Shown: positions 60,578-64,000 of the stretch, piece after piece
How the letters are laid out: every line of letters starts with the position of its first letter
Numbering within the stretch: the stretch's first letter is position 1
Source: an uncultured Acidobacteriota bacterium
GTDB taxonomy: Bacteria; Acidobacteriota; Vicinamibacteria; Vicinamibacterales; SCN-69-37
Assembly: GCA_963739035.1 (NCBI GenBank)
Contig: CAVTYZ010000022.1
Coordinates: 258,015-322,014 of the forward strand
DNA length: 64,000 bases
Reading direction: 5' to 3'
Made by a program: the position numbers and the translations under genes
Notes under the pieces: model-generated
What the model saw: the letters and a program-made list of their open reading frames with translations, nothing else
Databases searched by the model: none
Told to the model about the DNA's origin: nothing

Positions 60578-61487
60578 TCAGCGAACGCGCATCAGCCGCT
60601 CGCGGTTTCCCAGGTAGCTGAAGAGCGCTTCGTCCAGCGGCTTCGAGGTGTTGAGCAGGACGTAGTCGATGCGCGAATCGGAACACTTCGACCGAAGGGC
60701 GTCGATGTGGTCACGAATCATCTTCCGGTACTGCTCCGCGAAGACGTCCGGCACGACCGGCATCTCTTCGCCGCTCTCGAGATCCTGGAACCTGGACGAG
60801 TCGCGATAGGGAAAATCGATCTCGGCCGGATCCAGCACGTGAAAGACGACCAGATCGTTGCCGATGAAGCTGTACGGCTTGAGGGCATCGAGCAATTCAT
60901 CCGGGTTTTCGTACAGGTCCGAGATCAGGGCGACGATGCTGCGACGCTTGAAGTGCTCGGCAATCTGGGTGAGCATCGCGAGCAGCCGCCCTGGCCGTTC
61001 GGCACGGGCCTGATCGAGCGTGTGGAGCAACACGTTGAAGTGTTTCGCCGACGACGGCACGTACGACAGGACCTCCTGATCGAACGTCACGATGCCGACG
61101 CGGTCGCGCTGACGATGGGAGAGGTACGCGAGGCAGGCGGCGACGAACTTCGCGTAGTCGAGCTTGGACACGTCCCCGCTGGCGAACGACATCGACTTCG
61201 ACGTATCGAGGAGCACGGAAAAGTTCGCATTCGTGTCCGCCTCGTACTGCTTGACGAAGTAACTTGTCGGTACGCGCGTAGAGCCGCCAGTCCACCCGCC
61301 GGATGTCGTCGCCCGGCACGTAGCCGCGATGCTCGGCGAAGTCGATCGACGCGCCGAAGTACGGCGCACGGTGCAGGCCGTTGATGAATCCATCGACGAC
61401 CGAACGTGCGAGGAGCTCGAGGTCCTTGATCCGGGAAAGAACCTTCGGATCGACGAACCGTGCGCCGGGAACGACGTGTGCTTCCAT
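60578..61487 (-). CDS. DUF58 (VWA-like) protein (one frame jump)
   Basis: Sequence features: GDDIRRVDWRLYARTDK, FSVLLDTSKSM. Junction at ~61262 (tt run). Confidence 0.8.
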
Positions 61488-61489
61488 CG

Positions 61490-61533
61490 AATGCCCCGCC
61501 TCAGCCCTGTGCCTTAACCTCTCGGCCTCGGTC
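61490..61533. repeat. single-arm heptamer repeat (G-rich on the sense/minus strand) between moxR and DUF58
   Basis: Plus strand reads ccccgcc|tcagccc|tgtgcct|taacctc|tcggcct|cggtctc. It fills the whole intercistronic gap. Confidence 0.7.
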
Positions 61534-62574
<1,041 letters not shown>

Positions 62575-62593
62575 GGTGAGTATTCCTTTCAGT

Positions 62594-62638
62594 ACCCTGT
62601 GCCCCTGCCCAGCCTCAGGCCCCAGGCCTCAAGCCCCG
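62594..62638. repeat. single-arm heptamer repeat (G-rich on the sense/minus strand) between DUF4159 and moxR
   Basis: Plus strand reads accctgt|gcccctg|cccagcc|tcaggcc|ccaggcc|tcaagcc|cc. The sense strand carries GGGG/GGGG/GGG/GGGG/GGG tracts. Confidence 0.75.
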
Positions 62639-63385
62639 TTAGTGCGTTATTCCATAGAGAAACTGATTCACGCCGACCTTGTACGCCTCGTTCGTCTCGG
62701 CGATCGGATATGCACCCTGCTCCGAGAACTCCCAGAACTCCGACAGGTCGTTCTGGTAGTTCGCGATCACGTACATCCGCCGCTCGGGGTTGTTCTCCTG
62801 GAACATCGCGCGGAAAATGGGGCGATCGCCAAGCGCCGGGTAGGCCGGGACGATGTCGAGCGTCTTGATGTCGAAGAACGAATGGAAGATCGGATGCGTC
62901 ACGTCGAGATCCTGCCACTGGCCATCCGGGAACACGCGGGCCATCTGCTGCTCGAACTGTTGCCAGGCCCAGTAGGGGAAGTCGTCCACGATGAGGAAGC
63001 CCCCCTTGAGGAGGTAGCCGCGCAATGCCTCGACCTGCTCGTCGTCCATGGTCCAGTAGCCCGGCTCCACCAGGTAGATGACCGGGAACTTGAACATGTC
63101 CGGGTTGCCAAAATCCAGAATGGCGGTCTCCTCGGTGTGGGCCGAGACGTTGCTCACAGACGTCAGGATCTTCATGAAGTGCATTTCGCCTTCCGGGTAG
63201 TCGTGCGCCCAGAACGGCTGTCTTCGAAGGTTCTCGGGATAGCTCATCCGCACGAACACGAACTTGCCGTCGTAGCGCGCGTTGCCGGAATAGCTACGGA
63301 ACATCCCGCCAAAACCACCACGCTGCGCCATGGCGCTGGTTGCCGCCATCGCGACCAGCAGCGTCGCCAGGAACACGCGCCTCAC
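62639..63385 (-). CDS. DUF4159-like secreted protein
   Basis: Signal peptide RRVFLATLLVAMAATSAMAQ. Sequence features: FVFVRMSY, WAHDYPEGEMHFMKIL. The GTG start overlaps the upstream stop (GTGA 63382-63385). Confidence 0.7.
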   Translation of the reverse strand: MRRVFLATLLVAMAATSAMAQRGGFGGMFRSYSGNARYDGKFVFVRMSYPENLRRQPFWAHDYPEGEMHFMKILTSVSNVSAHTEETAILDFGNPDMFKFPVIYLVEPGYWTMDDEQVEALRGYLLKGGFLIVDDFPYWAWQQFEQQMARVFPDGQWQDLDVTHPIFHSFFDIKTLDIVPAYPALGDRPIFRAMFQENNPERRMYVIANYQNDLSEFWEFSEQGAYPIAETNEAYKVGVNQFLYGITH

Positions 63386-64000
63386 GCGACGCCTCGTCGC
63401 CTGCGATAGAGCCACTCCCCACCCATCAGTCCGAGCAGCAGCACGAGGACGACCGGCATGTCCCACAGCTCACGCTCTTCGATGACCGTCACGCCCCGTC
63501 CGCTGTAGCTGATCGCGTCCACGAGACCCGTCGTGTCCGCCGAGCGGAAGAATCGGCCGCCGGTTTCTTCGGAGAGACGCCGCAAGAGCGACGGCCGCAT
63601 GGCGGCGTCGAAGTACTCCGCGTCGCTTGGCGCCACGCGCAGGAACACTGTGCCGCGGCCGACGTCGGTGCCCGTCTGGCTCGTCCCGTCGACGGCGATG
63701 CGATAGAGCCCGTCCTCGGACGGCGTGAAACGGGCGCGATATTCGCCGTCGTTCTCGACCGTCCACTCCATGGGGACGTCCTCGACACGGCCGGAGGGCG
63801 CGGTGGCGTGCGCGGTGATGCGCCCGTCGTTCACGCCGCGATATTCCGGATCGACGACGTCGGCGTTTAGCGTGACCGGTTCGCCCCGCTGCACCCGATC
63901 CGGAGTCGAGGACACCATGACGCGGTCCGGCACGCCGTCCACGAGCCATCGCGTGAGCCGGCGCCAGAAATTATGGTGCGTCGGTGTCTGCCACAGCCAT
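63382..64000 (-). CDS. C-terminal part of a large membrane-anchored Bat-operon protein (5' end off-window)
   Basis: The frame is open to the window edge (WQTPTHHNFWRRLTRWLVDG...). Beta-rich domain and a C-terminal TM anchor VVLVLLLGLMGGEWLYRRR. Confidence 0.5.
   Translation of the reverse strand, partial: WLWQTPTHHNFWRRLTRWLVDGVPDRVMVSSTPDRVQRGEPVTLNADVVDPEYRGVNDGRITAHATAPSGRVEDVPMEWTVENDGEYRARFTPSEDGLYRIAVDGTSQTGTDVGRGTVFLRVAPSDAEYFDAAMRPSLLRRLSEETGGRFFRSADTTGLVDAISYSGRGVTVIEERELWDMPVVLVLLLGLMGGEWLYRRRRGVA

Noticed and set aside
58381-60621. 746-aa ORF on the plus strand
   Set aside because: It is antisense to the intact BatA/VWA gene and has low-complexity Arg/Gly/Ala composition with no motifs. 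It is a high-GC artefact. The same reasoning rejects 50571-51872, 2828-3985, 24580-25782, 48847-49953, 21396-22457, 22585-23628, 40785-41579 and 41081-42151.

Overview
This is a visibly G+C-rich, densely coding 64-kb chromosomal segment with about 60 protein genes on both strands. I recognise no rRNA, tRNA, CRISPR, transposase, integrase or phage genes. The content is housekeeping and envelope biology of a Gram-negative bacterium. The domain repertoire (BatA/VWA-MoxR-DUF58-DUF4159-DUF4175-like operon, GldG-type ABC module plus DUF4340, several DinB-fold genes) and the G-rich intergenic repeats suggest an Acidobacteriota-like lineage; this is inference only.

Blocks, in order:
- 1-5.1 kb: NAD-IDH, a lipid acyltransferase, proline dehydrogenase, an SDR and the CCA enzyme.
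- 5-12 kb: nagB, an acyl-AMP ligase-ACP gene followed by an acyltransferase, infA and a DEAD-box helicase.
- 12-17 kb: fdhD and glk.
- 18.3-23.8 kb: rseP-dxr-cdsA-uppS-truA-pyrE.
- Two glycosyltransferases, then a DinB / 5'-nucleotidase / TIGR02757 cluster (25.8-30.3 kb).
- 31.4-38.7 kb: a split pyrimidine regulon (pyrR-pyrB-pyrC and pyrK-pyrD-pyrF) with a PyrR-binding RNA motif.
- pal, a large GT-C-like membrane protein, and a LarE-like gene translationally coupled to a LysW-like acidic zinc-ribbon protein.
- An ArsR-regulated P1B ATPase, then an ABC/GldG/DUF4340/PBP4 cluster (47.1-53.4 kb).
- A PadR-RDD pair and a Bat-like MoxR operon (54.6 kb to the window end).

Two global properties dominate interpretation. 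First, by my manual count there are about 50 places where the homology-supported reading frame jumps by one nucleotide, including in essential genes. Indel errors in the sequence are the simplest explanation. Second, a family of short-period (7-9 nt) G-rich degenerate tandem repeats fills at least a dozen intergenic gaps, often paired with its complement into long imperfect hairpins.

I found no compelling self-contained novel system. The best follow-up candidates are the repeat/hairpin family (including one canonical G-quadruplex motif), the LysW-like/LarE-like pair, and the Bat-like operon with its giant Gly/Gln-rich protein. Coordinates of frame junctions are approximate (by eye).
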